In this document: positions 15,933 to 25,968 of the stretch, one piece after another | How the letters are laid out: every line of letters starts with the position of its first letter | How positions within the stretch are numbered: the first letter of the stretch is position 1 | Assembly (NCBI GenBank): GCA_046351555.1 | Contig: JAXLYI010000029.1 | Coordinates: forward strand, 1-45,726 | Length of the DNA: 45,726 bases | Reading direction: 5' to 3' | Origin: Polyangiales bacterium | Lineage (GTDB): Bacteria > Myxococcota_A > Polyangia > Polyangiales > Ga0077539 | Program-made: the position numbers and the translations under genes | Notes under the pieces: generated by a model | What the model was told of the DNA's origin: nothing | What the model saw: the letters and a program-made list of their open reading frames with translations, nothing else | Databases searched by the model: none

Positions 15933-18002
15933 CTATGGCTCCGGGGCGCGCGCGGAGGGCGTCGGCGCGAGGGGCATCGCGCGCTCGTCGGCCCACTCCG
16001 CGTGGAGCGACGACGTGCGGTGCGGCCGCACCGTGACGATGAACTCCCGCGCCCCCGCGTGCTCCGACGACACCACGCGGACGCTGTACACGCCCGGCGA
16101 GAGCGCGACCTCCGCGAGCGGCGTGTGCCCGAGCGAGCGGCTCCCGATGAACACCTCCGCCGGCGCCGTCGCCGTGACGTTGAGGAGGCCGGGCACGCTG
16201 CGGTCGTCGGTCGCGGTGTCGCCAGGGTCTTCGGCGGGCGCGTCTTGATGGTGACGGCGCGTGCGCGCGGGCGCGGCGTCGGGCGTGGCGAGAGTTGCGG
16301 CGTCGGGCGTGGCGAGCGCCGCGGCGTCTGGCGCGGCGGGCGACGACGCTGCGGGCGCGGGCGGTGTGGGCGCCTGCACGGCGGGGGACGGCGGCGCGGG
16401 CGCGGGCGTGAGGGCGCGGTGCGCGGTGGAGACGGGGCGCCGGGGCGTCGGCTTGTCGAACCACGCGATGTGGGCGAAGAGCCCGCCGAGCACCATGAGC
16501 CCGACGAGGTAGAAGGGGACGTCCCAGCGGCTGCGGCGCGGCGGCGCGACGTAGGGGACGCTCGGCCGCTCGACGGGCGCGGGCGTGAGGCCGGGGGGCG
16601 TCTCGCGCGGGATCGCGGGGCGGCGCGGCGGGGGCGGCGTGGCGCCCGAGCGCGCGGCCACGAGGCGTCGCGTGGCGGCGTTGTCGTCGACCGACAGCGG
16701 AGTCGCGGCGCGGCGGACGAGCGCGCGCCCTTCGGGGATCGACGCGCGGCGCGTGAGCGGGATCGCCTCGTCGCGCGGGAGCGTCTGCGGGGCGCGCGCG
16801 GTGGCGTCGGGGTCGTCGAGCAGCGGGATGCGCGGCGGGGGGTCGGGCGGCGTCGGGCGCACGGCCGCGGGCGCGGGCTCGGGTCGCGCGACGGCGCTCG
16901 GGACGGGCAGGCCGAGGTCGAGGCCGGGCACGTCGGGGTCGTCGCCCGACGCGGCGCGAAGCGGCGCCGACTGCCACGCGCTCACCAGGTCGCGGAAGGC
17001 GGGGTCGTGCTGGCGGAGGAAGCGGTCGCGCCACGCGATCTGGTCGGCGAAGAGCGCCTGCATGAACTCACCGACCTCGGTGGCGCCCGCGGGGCGGCCC
17101 GAGGTGAGGAGCCACGCCTCGAGGGCGCGGCAGAGCTCCTGCGCGGTCTGGTAGCGCTTCGTGAGGTCGCGCTCGAGGGAGCGCATCACGATGGCCTCGA
17201 GGTCGCGGGGGTAGTCGGCGACGAGGCGCGACGGCGGGGTGATCGGGTCGCGGGTGATGGCGAAGACGGTGGCGGCGTCGGTCTGGCGGCGGAAGAGACG
17301 TCGCCCGACGGTCACCTCCCAGAGCACCACGCCGAGGGCCCAGACGTCGGTGCGGCGGTCGACGCGGCGCTCGTGGAGCTGCTCGGGGGACATGTACGCC
17401 AGCTTGCCCTTGAGCTCGCCGGTGGTGGTGCGCTCGTGGAGCTGGTCGTCGGAGCGGGCGACGCCGAAGTCGACGACCTTGGCGCTGCCGGAGTAGGTGA
17501 CGAAGACGTTCTCGGGGGAGACGTCGCGGTGGACGACGTGGGCGTTGCCGCCGTCGTCGCCCTTGAGCTCGTGGGCGTAGTGGAGGCCGCGCGCGGCGTC
17601 GGCGACGAGGCGCACGCCGAGCTCGCGCGGGAGGGCACCCTGGGCGCTCCACGCGCGGCGCGCGACGTTGCCGAGCGTCTCGCCGTGCAGGTACTCCATC
17701 GCGAGGTAGTACCGCCCGTCGTCCTCGCCGAAGTCGAACACGGTGCAGAGGTTGGGGTGGTCGAGCCGCGCCGCGATCCGCGCCTCGTCGAGGAACATCT
17801 CCACGAAGCGCGGCTCCGCGGCGATGTTCGGGTGGATGATCTTGAGCGCCACCCACTTGCTGAAGCCCGACGCGGCCTCGAGGCGCGCGAGGTACACCGA
17901 CGCCATGCCGCCCTGCGCGATGCGGTAGCAGACGCGGTAGCGCCCGATCCGCGGGACCTCCGCGTCGGCCCGTGCTCCAGGGCGTTCGGGGTGCGGGTTC
18001 AT
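15933..18002 (-). CDS. Ser/Thr protein kinase with a TM segment, a Pro/Ala-rich linker and a C-terminal PEGA-like domain
   Basis: The 689-aa protein has the kinase motifs GGMASVYLA, VALK, HRDVSPENVFV, DFGVAR and SPEQ. A TM helix reads YLVGLMVLGGLFAHIAW. The linker contains ATPDAA repeats. Confidence 0.9.
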   Translation of the reverse strand: MNPHPERPGARADAEVPRIGRYRVCYRIAQGGMASVYLARLEAASGFSKWVALKIIHPNIAAEPRFVEMFLDEARIAARLDHPNLCTVFDFGEDDGRYYLAMEYLHGETLGNVARRAWSAQGALPRELGVRLVADAARGLHYAHELKGDDGGNAHVVHRDVSPENVFVTYSGSAKVVDFGVARSDDQLHERTTTGELKGKLAYMSPEQLHERRVDRRTDVWALGVVLWEVTVGRRLFRRQTDAATVFAITRDPITPPSRLVADYPRDLEAIVMRSLERDLTKRYQTAQELCRALEAWLLTSGRPAGATEVGEFMQALFADQIAWRDRFLRQHDPAFRDLVSAWQSAPLRAASGDDPDVPGLDLGLPVPSAVARPEPAPAAVRPTPPDPPPRIPLLDDPDATARAPQTLPRDEAIPLTRRASIPEGRALVRRAATPLSVDDNAATRRLVAARSGATPPPPRRPAIPRETPPGLTPAPVERPSVPYVAPPRRSRWDVPFYLVGLMVLGGLFAHIAWFDKPTPRRPVSTAHRALTPAPAPPSPAVQAPTPPAPAASSPAAPDAAALATPDAATLATPDAAPARTRRHHQDAPAEDPGDTATDDRSVPGLLNVTATAPAEVFIGSRSLGHTPLAEVALSPGVYSVRVVSSEHAGAREFIVTVRPHRTSSLHAEWADERAMPLAPTPSARAPEP

Positions 18003-18054
18003 CGGCTCTTCGAACCTCTACCACCTCCGTTGCGCGGCGGGGGAATTTCACGGG

Positions 18055-20271
18055 ATGAATTCCCCGTCGCGGCGCGGCGCCGCGGGGGTCCCGCTTGACC
18101 CGCGGGGGGTGCCGGCGCCACAGTTGCCGCCCCTTTTTTGCGCGGTGTTCCACCGCGCGAGGAGCGACGGCGTGAACCGCACGATCCCGATCAGCGCGCT
18201 GCCCACCGACCTCCGCGACGAGGACGCCGTCGAGGCCGCGTGCGCGCAGGACATCGCCTTCATCGAGGATCGGATCCGCCGGGGCGTGAGCGTCCTGGTC
18301 GACTGCGACAAGGAGCTCTCGCTCTACCTCTACCTCGCGGTGCGGGCGCGCCTGAAGCGCACGCGCGAGGCGCGGCGCCTCGTGGTGGTCGACGGCCGCC
18401 CCGACCCCGAGGGCCCGCCGCGCGGGGTGATGGGCCGGATGCTCGACCAGCTCACCGAGGCCGTGCGCGGCAGCGTCGATGAGGTGGCCGTGGTGCTGAT
18501 GCACCTCGACGTTCTGACCACCACGCACACGGGCCTCACCCTCGAGGCGCGCGAGGCCATCCCGCTGCTCTACGAGAACCCCAAGGCCGTCTTCCTCGGC
18601 TTCCGCGACCCGAGCTTCGAAGTGCCCAAGGTGATCCAAGGGGCCTTCTCCGCGCGCCGGGAGATCACGGGCATCCCCCGCGAGGCGCTGGCGAAGATCA
18701 TCACCCAGCGCGAGGCGCGGGCGATGCACGCGACGGAGTTCGACCCCTTCGGGCTCTACAAGTACCTCTCGGGCGTCAACCCGGTGCGGTGCCGTCGCAT
18801 CCTCGCGGAGCTCTCGGCGCGGCGCGAGGCCACCGCGGGCCGCCCCGCCGCGCAGGAGGTCTACCAGGAGATCCGCCGGCAGACGGTGACCGACGACGTC
18901 GAGCTGCCGAGCGTCGACCTCGACGCCGACATCGGCGGGTACGCCGAGGTGAAGGCCCGCCTGCGCGACGAGCTCATCGACCTCGCGCGCCGCAAGGACT
19001 CCCTCGGCGACGAGCGCGACGTGAGCCAGGTGGAGGCGCTCCTCCCGCGCGGCGTCATCTTCCACGGCCCGCCCGGCACCGGGAAGACGTACTTCGCCAA
19101 GGCCGTCGCCACCGCGATGAACGCCACCGTCATCGTGGTCTCGGGCCCCGAGCTCAAGTCGAAGTGGGTGGGCGAGTCGGAGGAGAACCTCCGGCGCATC
19201 TTCCGCCAGGCGCGGCAGGCGGCGCCCGCGGTGATCGTGTTCGACGAGATCGACGCCTTCGCCCACCAGCGCGGGACGTACATCGGGTCGGGCGTCGAGC
19301 ACTCGATGGTCAACCAGCTCCTCACGGAGATGGACGGCTTCCGGCGCAACGAGATGATCTTCGTCGTCGGCACCACCAACTACCTCGAGTCCCTCGACGG
19401 CGCGCTCATGCGCCCGGGGCGCTTCGAGTTCATGATCGAGATCCCCGCGCCGACCGCCGACGACCGCCGCGAGATCGTGCGCATCTACAACCAGCGCTTC
19501 GGGCTCGGGCTCGACGACGCGCTCGTCGAGCACATGGTCCGCCGCACCGAGGGCCTCGCCGACCGCGAGAAGAACATCCCCTTCGCCGGCGACCACATCC
19601 ACTCGGTGTGCCGCGCGCTCAAGCGTCAATCCCTCCGCACCGGCGCGACCGCGTTCACCCCCGAGGACATCGACCGCGCGCTCCAGCGCAAGACGCGGCG
19701 CGCGGTGGTTCTCTCGGCCGAGGAGGAGCGGGTGATCGCGCTCCACGAGGCGGGCCACGCGCTCGTCGCGATGCTGCTCCCGAAGGCGACGCCGCCCGAG
19801 CGCATCTGCATCACGCAGGACCAGGAGGGCGCGCTCGGCTACGTGCTGCGCGCGGCGCGGGCGCGGCCCTACACGGTGACGGCCGACGAGATGCGCGCCG
19901 ACGTCTGCGTTGCGCTCGGTGGGCAGGCCGCCGAGCGCCTGGTGCTCGGCGAGGTGTCGGTGGGCGCGCGGGCCGACCTCCAGCAGGCCAACGCGGTGGC
20001 GCGCGCGATGGTGGAGCAGTACGGGATGAGCCGCAACCTCGGCGCCCGCGTGGTGCTCGACGACGAGGGAGGGCGCGGCGAGCGCGCGGTGAGCGAGGCG
20101 CGGCAGCTCCGGATGGACGAGGAGATCGACCAGCTCCTGCGCGAGGAGACGCTCCGCTGCGAGCGGCTCCTGCGCGACCACCAGGACCTGCTGACCGCGC
20201 TCCACGCGCTGCTGCTCGAGCGCAAGGTGCTCGACGCGTCGGAGATCAAGGCGTTCGGGAAGAAGGGCTGA
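18055..20271 (+). CDS. Soluble FtsH-like AAA+ ATPase / M41 zinc metalloprotease with an N-terminal domain of unknown function
   Basis: The 738-aa protein has Walker A GPPGTGKT, Walker B VIVFDEID and the M41 HEXXH site as HEAGHALVAM. It lacks the FtsH N-terminal TM helices. An alternative GTG start lies about 117 nt downstream. Confidence 0.85.
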   Translation: MNSPSRRGAAGVPLDPRGVPAPQLPPLFCAVFHRARSDGVNRTIPISALPTDLRDEDAVEAACAQDIAFIEDRIRRGVSVLVDCDKELSLYLYLAVRARLKRTREARRLVVVDGRPDPEGPPRGVMGRMLDQLTEAVRGSVDEVAVVLMHLDVLTTTHTGLTLEAREAIPLLYENPKAVFLGFRDPSFEVPKVIQGAFSARREITGIPREALAKIITQREARAMHATEFDPFGLYKYLSGVNPVRCRRILAELSARREATAGRPAAQEVYQEIRRQTVTDDVELPSVDLDADIGGYAEVKARLRDELIDLARRKDSLGDERDVSQVEALLPRGVIFHGPPGTGKTYFAKAVATAMNATVIVVSGPELKSKWVGESEENLRRIFRQARQAAPAVIVFDEIDAFAHQRGTYIGSGVEHSMVNQLLTEMDGFRRNEMIFVVGTTNYLESLDGALMRPGRFEFMIEIPAPTADDRREIVRIYNQRFGLGLDDALVEHMVRRTEGLADREKNIPFAGDHIHSVCRALKRQSLRTGATAFTPEDIDRALQRKTRRAVVLSAEEERVIALHEAGHALVAMLLPKATPPERICITQDQEGALGYVLRAARARPYTVTADEMRADVCVALGGQAAERLVLGEVSVGARADLQQANAVARAMVEQYGMSRNLGARVVLDDEGGRGERAVSEARQLRMDEEIDQLLREETLRCERLLRDHQDLLTALHALLLERKVLDASEIKAFGKKG

Positions 20272-20279
20272 GAGGGCGT

Positions 20280-20546
20280 ATGGCCGAGGTGACGATCAAG
20301 TTTCGGTACAACCCCGCGACGGGCAAGCGCGAGCTCATCATCGGGTACGAGAGCGACGCCGACGCCCTCCCCCACGAGCACGAGCGCGACCACCGCGCGC
20401 TGGCCGAGAAGCTCCTCGGGCAGAAGCTCGGCGACGATGTTGGTGAGATCAGGGTCGAGCGCGTGCGCAAGGACGGCACGGTGATGGAAGGCGAGGCCGA
20501 GCGGGAGGCCGCGCGGCAGCGCGAGGGGATCAAGCAGGGCGGGTAG
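20280..20546 (+). CDS. Small hypothetical protein (88 aa)
   Basis: This is the last 88 aa of ORF 18789..20546, reading MAEVTIKFRYNPATGKRELIIGYESDADALPHEHERDHRALAEKLLGQKLG... The ATG lies 9 nt after the AAA protease stop, and GAGAGGG sits upstream. Confidence 0.45.
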   Translation: MAEVTIKFRYNPATGKRELIIGYESDADALPHEHERDHRALAEKLLGQKLGDDVGEIRVERVRKDGTVMEGEAEREAARQREGIKQGG

Positions 20547-20611
20547 TCGGGATGGGGCGGAGGGAGCCACGCGCGACGCACCCGCATCGCGCGCGGCGGG
20601 GAGGGATTCGT

Positions 20612-21727
20612 TCAGTGCGGGGCGCCGCCGCCCATGCCCTGCTGCTGCATCTGGCGGCGGATCTGCTCCATGATCTCGGGCGGGAGCTGGCCGCCACCGG
20701 GCGTCGGGATCGCGCCCGGCATGCCCATCGGCGGGGGCGTCGGGGCCGCGGGGGCGCTGGCGTCGCCCGCGTCCGCGCCGCCGTCGCTCGGGAGGGGCGC
20801 CTGGAAGGCCGCGAGCGTGGGCTTGATCGCGTCGGCCTGGGTGCGCGAGATGACGAACACCACGTCGTTGCCCTCGCGCTGCGCGAAGGCCTCCTGGTCG
20901 CCGCTGTTGTTGCCGACGCGGAGGGTGACGCGCGCGGGCGAGCCCTCGACCTCGGTCTCGATGGTGACGCGGGGCGAGTCGGCGCCGACGCCCGTCGCGG
21001 CCCCCGTCGCGGCGAAATCCGAGGCGCGGAGGTTGGTGATGGTGTCGACCAGGGCGTTGACCTTGGCGGTGTCGAGGCGGTCGACGGTGGTGCCCGCGGC
21101 GGCGCTCCAGGTGTCGCCGTTGCGGGTGAAGCGGAAGGTGCCGTTGGCCCCCGCCCACTCCACCGCGCGGATCGAGTCGCGGGTGATCTGGGTGATGTCG
21201 CGGTCGCGCCAGTCGCGGGGCGCGCGGGAGAGCATCGAGCTCACCGAGACGCCGACGCGGTAGACCTCGGTCTTGCCCGGCACGCGGACGGCGGTGCCGG
21301 TGTCGAGCGCCGCGCCGACGAAGACGTCCATCACGGCGGTGGCGCCGGTCTTGAGGGTGACGCGGGTGGCGTGGGCGTCGTCGACTTCGAAGTCGTCGTA
21401 CGAGCTGGAGTTGTGGCCTGCGACGGAGGTGACGTGCATCTCGGCGAAGCGGTCGAGGAGGTCTTCGAGGGCGCGCGACTCGGTGGGCCCCTGGCCCGGG
21501 CGGGTCATGCGCCAGGCGCCGTTGACCTTCTCGAACTCCATGTCCTGCTCGGCGGCGGGCGCCGACGCGCGGTGGAGGGTGACGTGGTCGACGCGGTCCT
21601 TGGCGAGCCGCTGCCACGGGTCGGTGGGCGTGGAGCTGGTCGGCTCGGGCTGGCGGTAGGCGAAGATCGTGGCGATCACGAGGGCCGCGAGGACGGCCAG
21701 CGCGATGCCGATTCCCTTGGAGTTCAT
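20612..21727 (-). CDS. DUF4340 domain protein, an accessory component of the GldG-type ABC system
   Basis: The 371-aa protein has an N-terminal TM (IGIALAVLAALVIATIFAY), then a beta-rich domain and a Pro/Gly/Met-rich tail. Confidence 0.7.
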   Translation of the reverse strand: MNSKGIGIALAVLAALVIATIFAYRQPEPTSSTPTDPWQRLAKDRVDHVTLHRASAPAAEQDMEFEKVNGAWRMTRPGQGPTESRALEDLLDRFAEMHVTSVAGHNSSSYDDFEVDDAHATRVTLKTGATAVMDVFVGAALDTGTAVRVPGKTEVYRVGVSVSSMLSRAPRDWRDRDITQITRDSIRAVEWAGANGTFRFTRNGDTWSAAAGTTVDRLDTAKVNALVDTITNLRASDFAATGAATGVGADSPRVTIETEVEGSPARVTLRVGNNSGDQEAFAQREGNDVVFVISRTQADAIKPTLAAFQAPLPSDGGADAGDASAPAAPTPPPMGMPGAIPTPGGGQLPPEIMEQIRRQMQQQGMGGGAPH

Positions 21728-21764
21728 GGCGGGTTGATCTGGTGCTTGGGGTGGGGGGAGAAGG

Positions 21765-23462
21765 TCAGAGCTTGATCTCGGCCCGGCGGCGCGCGCGCAG
21801 GCCGGTGAGGAACCACCCGAGGATCCCGGCGAGGGCCGGGAGCCCGAGGATGGCGCCCCACTGGAAGACCTTCTTGAAGGTCTCGCTGGTGGCGGTGATG
21901 GCCGGCGGGGCGACGCGCTTGGCGCGCACGGCGAGGAGGTCGGAGTCGGCGCTGATCCAGTCGAACACGCCGAAGAGCACCTTGAGGTTCACCGGGGCGT
22001 CCTCGCGGTTCTCCATCTGGAAGGAGGCGAACTCCTGGAGCTGCTCGCGGACGAAGGGCTTGCCCGACGACACGAGGAGGAGGCGCGCCGGGTGCTCGCG
22101 CGAGGCGTGGTCGGGCACGGGGGTCGCGGTGGTGGCCGCGCCGCCGTCGCCCGCGGGGGCGGCGCCGGTGAAGGCGCTGCGGAGCTCGCCCTCGAGCGCG
22201 GCGGCGACCAGGAAGGGCCCGCGCTGGCCGCGCGAGAAGATCTGGTTGCGGCGTTCGAAGATGGAGATGGGGTTGAGGTCGGCGGTCGCGTCCTGGAGCA
22301 CCGAGAGGTTGCTGGTGCGGCCGATGATGGCGAGGCGCGGGCGGTTGCCGCAGGCGCGGGCGGCGGCCTCGTCGGGGGCCTCGCAGTAGCGCGAGCGGTC
22401 GACGTCCATCGGCGAGGCGTAGGGCGTGACGAAGAGCGGCAGGCGGAAGGTCATCGGGTGGGCCTGGTTGAGCCCGGCCTCGGCCAGCAGCGGGTAGGAG
22501 AACATCCGCGGGATCGGGAGGCCCTCGCCGTTGACCTCGATCATCGCGGGGGTCGCCTGCGCGTCGAGGATGAGCTTGTCGCGCAGGGTGACGCCGTAGC
22601 CCGAGAGCAGCGCGCCGAGGTTGTGCTCGGCGGCCGCGCCGGTGGGCGACGAGGTGGTGCCGGTGACGTTGACGCCGGGGGCGAAGATCGCGACCGAGCC
22701 GCCGCGCATGAGGTAGCCGTTGATGCGGCGGAGCTCGCGCTCCTCGATGCGGCGGGTGGGGTTCATGATGACGAGCCCCTTGATGTCGGCGGGGATGTCG
22801 TCGTCGCCGCCGTGGAGGTCGACGGGGCGCGTGGTGTAGCGGAGCCGCTCACGCTCGAGGTAGCGCGAGAGGAAGGGCATGTCCGTCTCGGGCGAGACCT
22901 CGCCGTGGCCCGTGAGGAAGCCGATCGGGCGCTCCGGGTCGATCATCTTCTTCACGATCGAGGTGACCTGGTACTCCAGGCCCTCGACGTTGATCGGCAC
23001 GAAGTCCATGTGCTCGCTCGAGCGCAGGTAGTTGAAGGACAGGCAGCGGAAGACCCGGACGGCCTGCATCTGCTGGTCCTTCACCACCTGGAGGACGCCC
23101 TCGCGGCAGCTCGCGCCCTCGGCGCGCTCCTTGGTGGCGGCGTCGGTGACGCGCACCCACTCGAGGTCGACCTTGCCGCGCGCGGCGGCGACGTACTCGT
23201 CGAGCTGCTCGCGGAGGAGGCGCGCGTCGTCGCCCGCGGGGGCGGGCTGGTCCGGCGTCCAGTAGACGGTGATCTTGAGGTGGTCCTCGAGGCGGCCGAG
23301 CGTGCGGCGCGTCCCCTGCGAGAGCGAGTAGAGCTCGCGCTTGGTGAGGTCGGCGCGGACGTGGAGCACCTTCGCGGCGAGCGCGTTGAGGGTGACGGCC
23401 ACGGCGAGGACGATGAAGACGAAGGCGCCCGACTCGAGTCGGGCCTGGCTACGGCGTTCCAT
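21765..23462 (-). CDS. GldG-like ABC transporter auxiliary protein
   Basis: The 565-aa protein has N- and C-terminal TM helices flanking a large periplasmic domain (...HLKITVYWTPDQP...RGGSVAIFAPG...). This is typical of the GldG/ABC-type uncharacterised transport system family. Confidence 0.75.
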   Translation of the reverse strand: MERRSQARLESGAFVFIVLAVAVTLNALAAKVLHVRADLTKRELYSLSQGTRRTLGRLEDHLKITVYWTPDQPAPAGDDARLLREQLDEYVAAARGKVDLEWVRVTDAATKERAEGASCREGVLQVVKDQQMQAVRVFRCLSFNYLRSSEHMDFVPINVEGLEYQVTSIVKKMIDPERPIGFLTGHGEVSPETDMPFLSRYLERERLRYTTRPVDLHGGDDDIPADIKGLVIMNPTRRIEERELRRINGYLMRGGSVAIFAPGVNVTGTTSSPTGAAAEHNLGALLSGYGVTLRDKLILDAQATPAMIEVNGEGLPIPRMFSYPLLAEAGLNQAHPMTFRLPLFVTPYASPMDVDRSRYCEAPDEAAARACGNRPRLAIIGRTSNLSVLQDATADLNPISIFERRNQIFSRGQRGPFLVAAALEGELRSAFTGAAPAGDGGAATTATPVPDHASREHPARLLLVSSGKPFVREQLQEFASFQMENREDAPVNLKVLFGVFDWISADSDLLAVRAKRVAPPAITATSETFKKVFQWGAILGLPALAGILGWFLTGLRARRRAEIKL

Positions 23463-23465
23463 GGT

Positions 23466-24251
23466 TCAGCTCCACCTCCGGCTGCCGAGGGAGCGGGCGG
23501 TCGCGAGGAGGCACACGGCGATGACGGACACGAAGTAGAGGAGGTCGCGGAGGTCCACCACCCCGCGCCCGATGCTGTGCATGTGGTAGTCGGGCGAGAA
23601 GTACACGAGGTAGTTCCCGAGGTTGCCGAAGACGATCGGGGCCTTGTCGAGGAGGAAGAAGAGCGCGGCCACGATGAAGGTGACGAAGAAGGCCGTGATC
23701 TGGTCGCGCGTGTGCGACGACACCATCACGCCGAAGGACACGTACGCGGCGCCCGCGAGGAGGATCCCGAGGTAGCCGCCGAAGACGGGGCCCCAGTCGA
23801 GCTCGCCCATCTTCGAGATCACCATCGGGTAGACGAAGGTGAGCACGAGCGCGACGCCGAGGAGGCCCGCGGCGCCGAGGTACTTCCCGAGGATCACCTC
23901 CCAGTCCCGGACGGGCTGGGTGATGAGCATCTCGAGGGTGCCCGTGCGGTTCTCCTCCGCGAAGGTGCGCATCGCGATGGCGGGCGAGATCAGCGGGAGC
24001 AGCCACGAGATCGCGTCGAAGAGCGGCGAGAGGTGCACCCGCCCCTGCTCGATGAACGCGAACGGGAAGAAGAACAGGAAGCCCACCAGCAGGAGGAACA
24101 TCCCGATCACGATGTACCCGAGGGCCGACGAGAAGTACGAGGTGAACTCGCGCTTCGCGATGGTCACGGTGTTGCTGAGCATGCTGCCGACGGAGCCGGC
24201 GGGGATGGCGCCGGCCGCGGCGCTTTGGGCGGTCTCGCTCATCGTCGTCAC
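23466..24251 (-). CDS. ABC-2 type transporter permease (GldF-like)
   Basis: The 261-aa protein has six predicted TM segments. Its stop overlaps the next gene's start (ATGA arrangement). Confidence 0.8.
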   Translation of the reverse strand: MTTMSETAQSAAAGAIPAGSVGSMLSNTVTIAKREFTSYFSSALGYIVIGMFLLLVGFLFFFPFAFIEQGRVHLSPLFDAISWLLPLISPAIAMRTFAEENRTGTLEMLITQPVRDWEVILGKYLGAAGLLGVALVLTFVYPMVISKMGELDWGPVFGGYLGILLAGAAYVSFGVMVSSHTRDQITAFFVTFIVAALFFLLDKAPIVFGNLGNYLVYFSPDYHMHSIGRGVVDLRDLLYFVSVIAVCLLATARSLGSRRWS

Positions 24252-25312
24252 TCCTTGTCCGCGCTCTTGTCGAGCTTCACGGGCTTCTCCGCGGGCTTGT
24301 CCGCCGCCTTCGCGCCGCGGCCGCCCTTCGCGTCGCCGTCGGTGGTGAGCTGGCGGAACACCTCCTCGAGCTGGAGCGTCTCGCGCCGCAGCTCGAGCAG
24401 CGCCCAGCCCTTCTGCACGGCCATCTGGAAGAGCTCGCGGCGCGCGTCGCCGCTGCCCTTCACCGTCGCCTCCACCGTGATCGACTTCCCGTCGCCCGGC
24501 AGGTCCTTCACGGCGGCGGACGGGAGCACCTTCTTGATCGCCTCGGCGACCTCGTCGTGGCCCTTCGGCGCCTTGTCGTCGGACCCGAGGCCCTGCTTGT
24601 CGTCGAAGGCGAGGCGGTAGCGCACGCTCCCCGAGCCCGCGCGGAGGTCGTCCGGCGCGCCGTCGGCGACGATCTTCCCGCGGCTCACGATCAGCACGCG
24701 CGCGCAGGCCGCCTCGACCTCGGCGAGGTCGTGGGTCGACAGCATGACCGTGCGCGTCTTGCCGATCTCCTTGATGTACTTGATGACCTCGGCGCTCTCG
24801 TTGGGGTCGAGGTCGGCCGTCGGCTCGTCGAGGATCAGGATCGGCGGGTCGTGGATCAGCGCCTGCGCGAGGCCCACGCGCTGCCGGTAGCCGAAGGAGA
24901 GCTGGCCGATCTCCTTGCGCAACGCGTCCTCCAGGCCGCAGATGCCGACGACCTTCTTGATGCGGTCGCGCTGCTCGGACTTCGGGATCGCGCGCAGGTC
25001 GGCGGCGAACTCGAGGTACTCGACCACGCCCATCTCGGGGTAGAGCGCCGCGCGCTGCGGCAGGTACCCGAGGACGGAGCGGACCTCCAGCGGGCTGTTG
25101 AAGACGTCGAACCCGCCCACCGTCGCCGTCCCCGAGGTCGGCGAGATGAAGCAGGTGAGGATCTTCATCGTGGTGGACTTGCCCGCCCCGTTGGGACCGA
25201 GGAAGCCCACGACCTCGCCCCGCTTGATCTCGAAGTTCAGGTTGTCGACGGCGCGCTGCGTCCCATAGACCTTCGTCAGGTCGCGCGCCTCGATCATCAC
25301 ATCGGTGGCCAT
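24248..25312 (-). CDS. ABC transporter ATP-binding protein (GldA-like)
   Basis: The protein has Walker A GPNGAGKST, the signature LSFGYRQRV and Walker B ILILDEPT. It is 354 aa with a C-terminal extension. Confidence 0.9.
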   Translation of the reverse strand: MATDVMIEARDLTKVYGTQRAVDNLNFEIKRGEVVGFLGPNGAGKSTTMKILTCFISPTSGTATVGGFDVFNSPLEVRSVLGYLPQRAALYPEMGVVEYLEFAADLRAIPKSEQRDRIKKVVGICGLEDALRKEIGQLSFGYRQRVGLAQALIHDPPILILDEPTADLDPNESAEVIKYIKEIGKTRTVMLSTHDLAEVEAACARVLIVSRGKIVADGAPDDLRAGSGSVRYRLAFDDKQGLGSDDKAPKGHDEVAEAIKKVLPSAAVKDLPGDGKSITVEATVKGSGDARRELFQMAVQKGWALLELRRETLQLEEVFRQLTTDGDAKGGRGAKAADKPAEKPVKLDKSADKE

Positions 25313-25535
25313 CGCCTCGCCATTTCGTTTGCTAGAAGGTGTTTTCTGTCACTGCGCCCGCACGGGGCGCCCCGCGGCGGCGCGCATCCTATTCAGCGTC
25401 GCCCGCAAGTCAACGTTGTCGGCCGGCCGCCGCGAGGAGCGCCTCCGCGCGCGTGAACCGGGCGGCGCCTCCGCGCTATTCCGTGGCGGAGAACATTTCT
25501 TTCGCGTACGCCCGCCGCGCCCCTCGACGCATCCA

Positions 25536-25943
25536 ATGCCCTTCCGCCACGAACGCCCGGTCCGCTTCGCCGACGTCGACGCCGCCCGCATCGTCTACTT
25601 CGCGCGCTACCTCGACTACTGCCACGACGCGATCGAGGCCCTCTTCGGCGGGCTGCCGGGCGGCTACGCGCACCTCACGATGGTGCGCGACGTCGGCGTC
25701 CCCTCGGTGCGGGTGGAGGTCGACTACAAGGCGCCCCTCCGGTACGGCGACGTGGCGCTCATCGACGTGACGGTCGAGCGCGTCGGCGCGAAGAGCGTGA
25801 CGCTCCGCCACGAGCTCACCCGCAAGGCCGACGGGGTCGCGGTGGCGACGGTGCGCCAGGTGGTGGTGACCGCGCGCATCTCCGCGCTCGGGTCGGTGCC
25901 GGTGCCCGACGACGTGCGGGCCCTGCTGGCGCGGTACGCGTGA
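25536..25943 (+). CDS. Acyl-CoA thioesterase (4HBT/YbgC-like hotdog fold)
   Basis: An ATG lies at residue 78 of ORF 25305..25943. The protein reads MPFRHERPVRFADVDAARIVYFARYLDYCHDAIEALF, with the typical D-x-x-x-H/V-F-x-x-Y hotdog N-terminus. Confidence 0.75.
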   Translation: MPFRHERPVRFADVDAARIVYFARYLDYCHDAIEALFGGLPGGYAHLTMVRDVGVPSVRVEVDYKAPLRYGDVALIDVTVERVGAKSVTLRHELTRKADGVAVATVRQVVVTARISALGSVPVPDDVRALLARYA

Positions 25944-25968
25944 CAGGGAGCGGGCGCGTGCTGTACGA

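Noticed and set aside
15861-20205. 745-aa plus ORF and 1045-aa minus ORF across the kinase and AAA-protease genes
   Set aside because: They are antisense to genes with clear kinase and Walker/HEXXH motifs. Neither contains motifs of its own.
20568-20595. GC-rich hairpin (cgcgcgacgc-accc-gcatcgcgcg) between the convergent small ORF and the DUF4340 gene, considered as a bidirectional terminator
   Set aside because: It has no U-tract and only 9/10 pairing. It is plausible but too weak to call, and its coordinates are uncertain by about 1 nt.
19869-24620. 582-aa minus, 407-aa plus and 842-aa plus ORFs across the AAA protease and the ABC/GldG operon
   Set aside because: They are antisense or frame shadows. 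The annotated frames carry Walker, ABC-signature and TM features.
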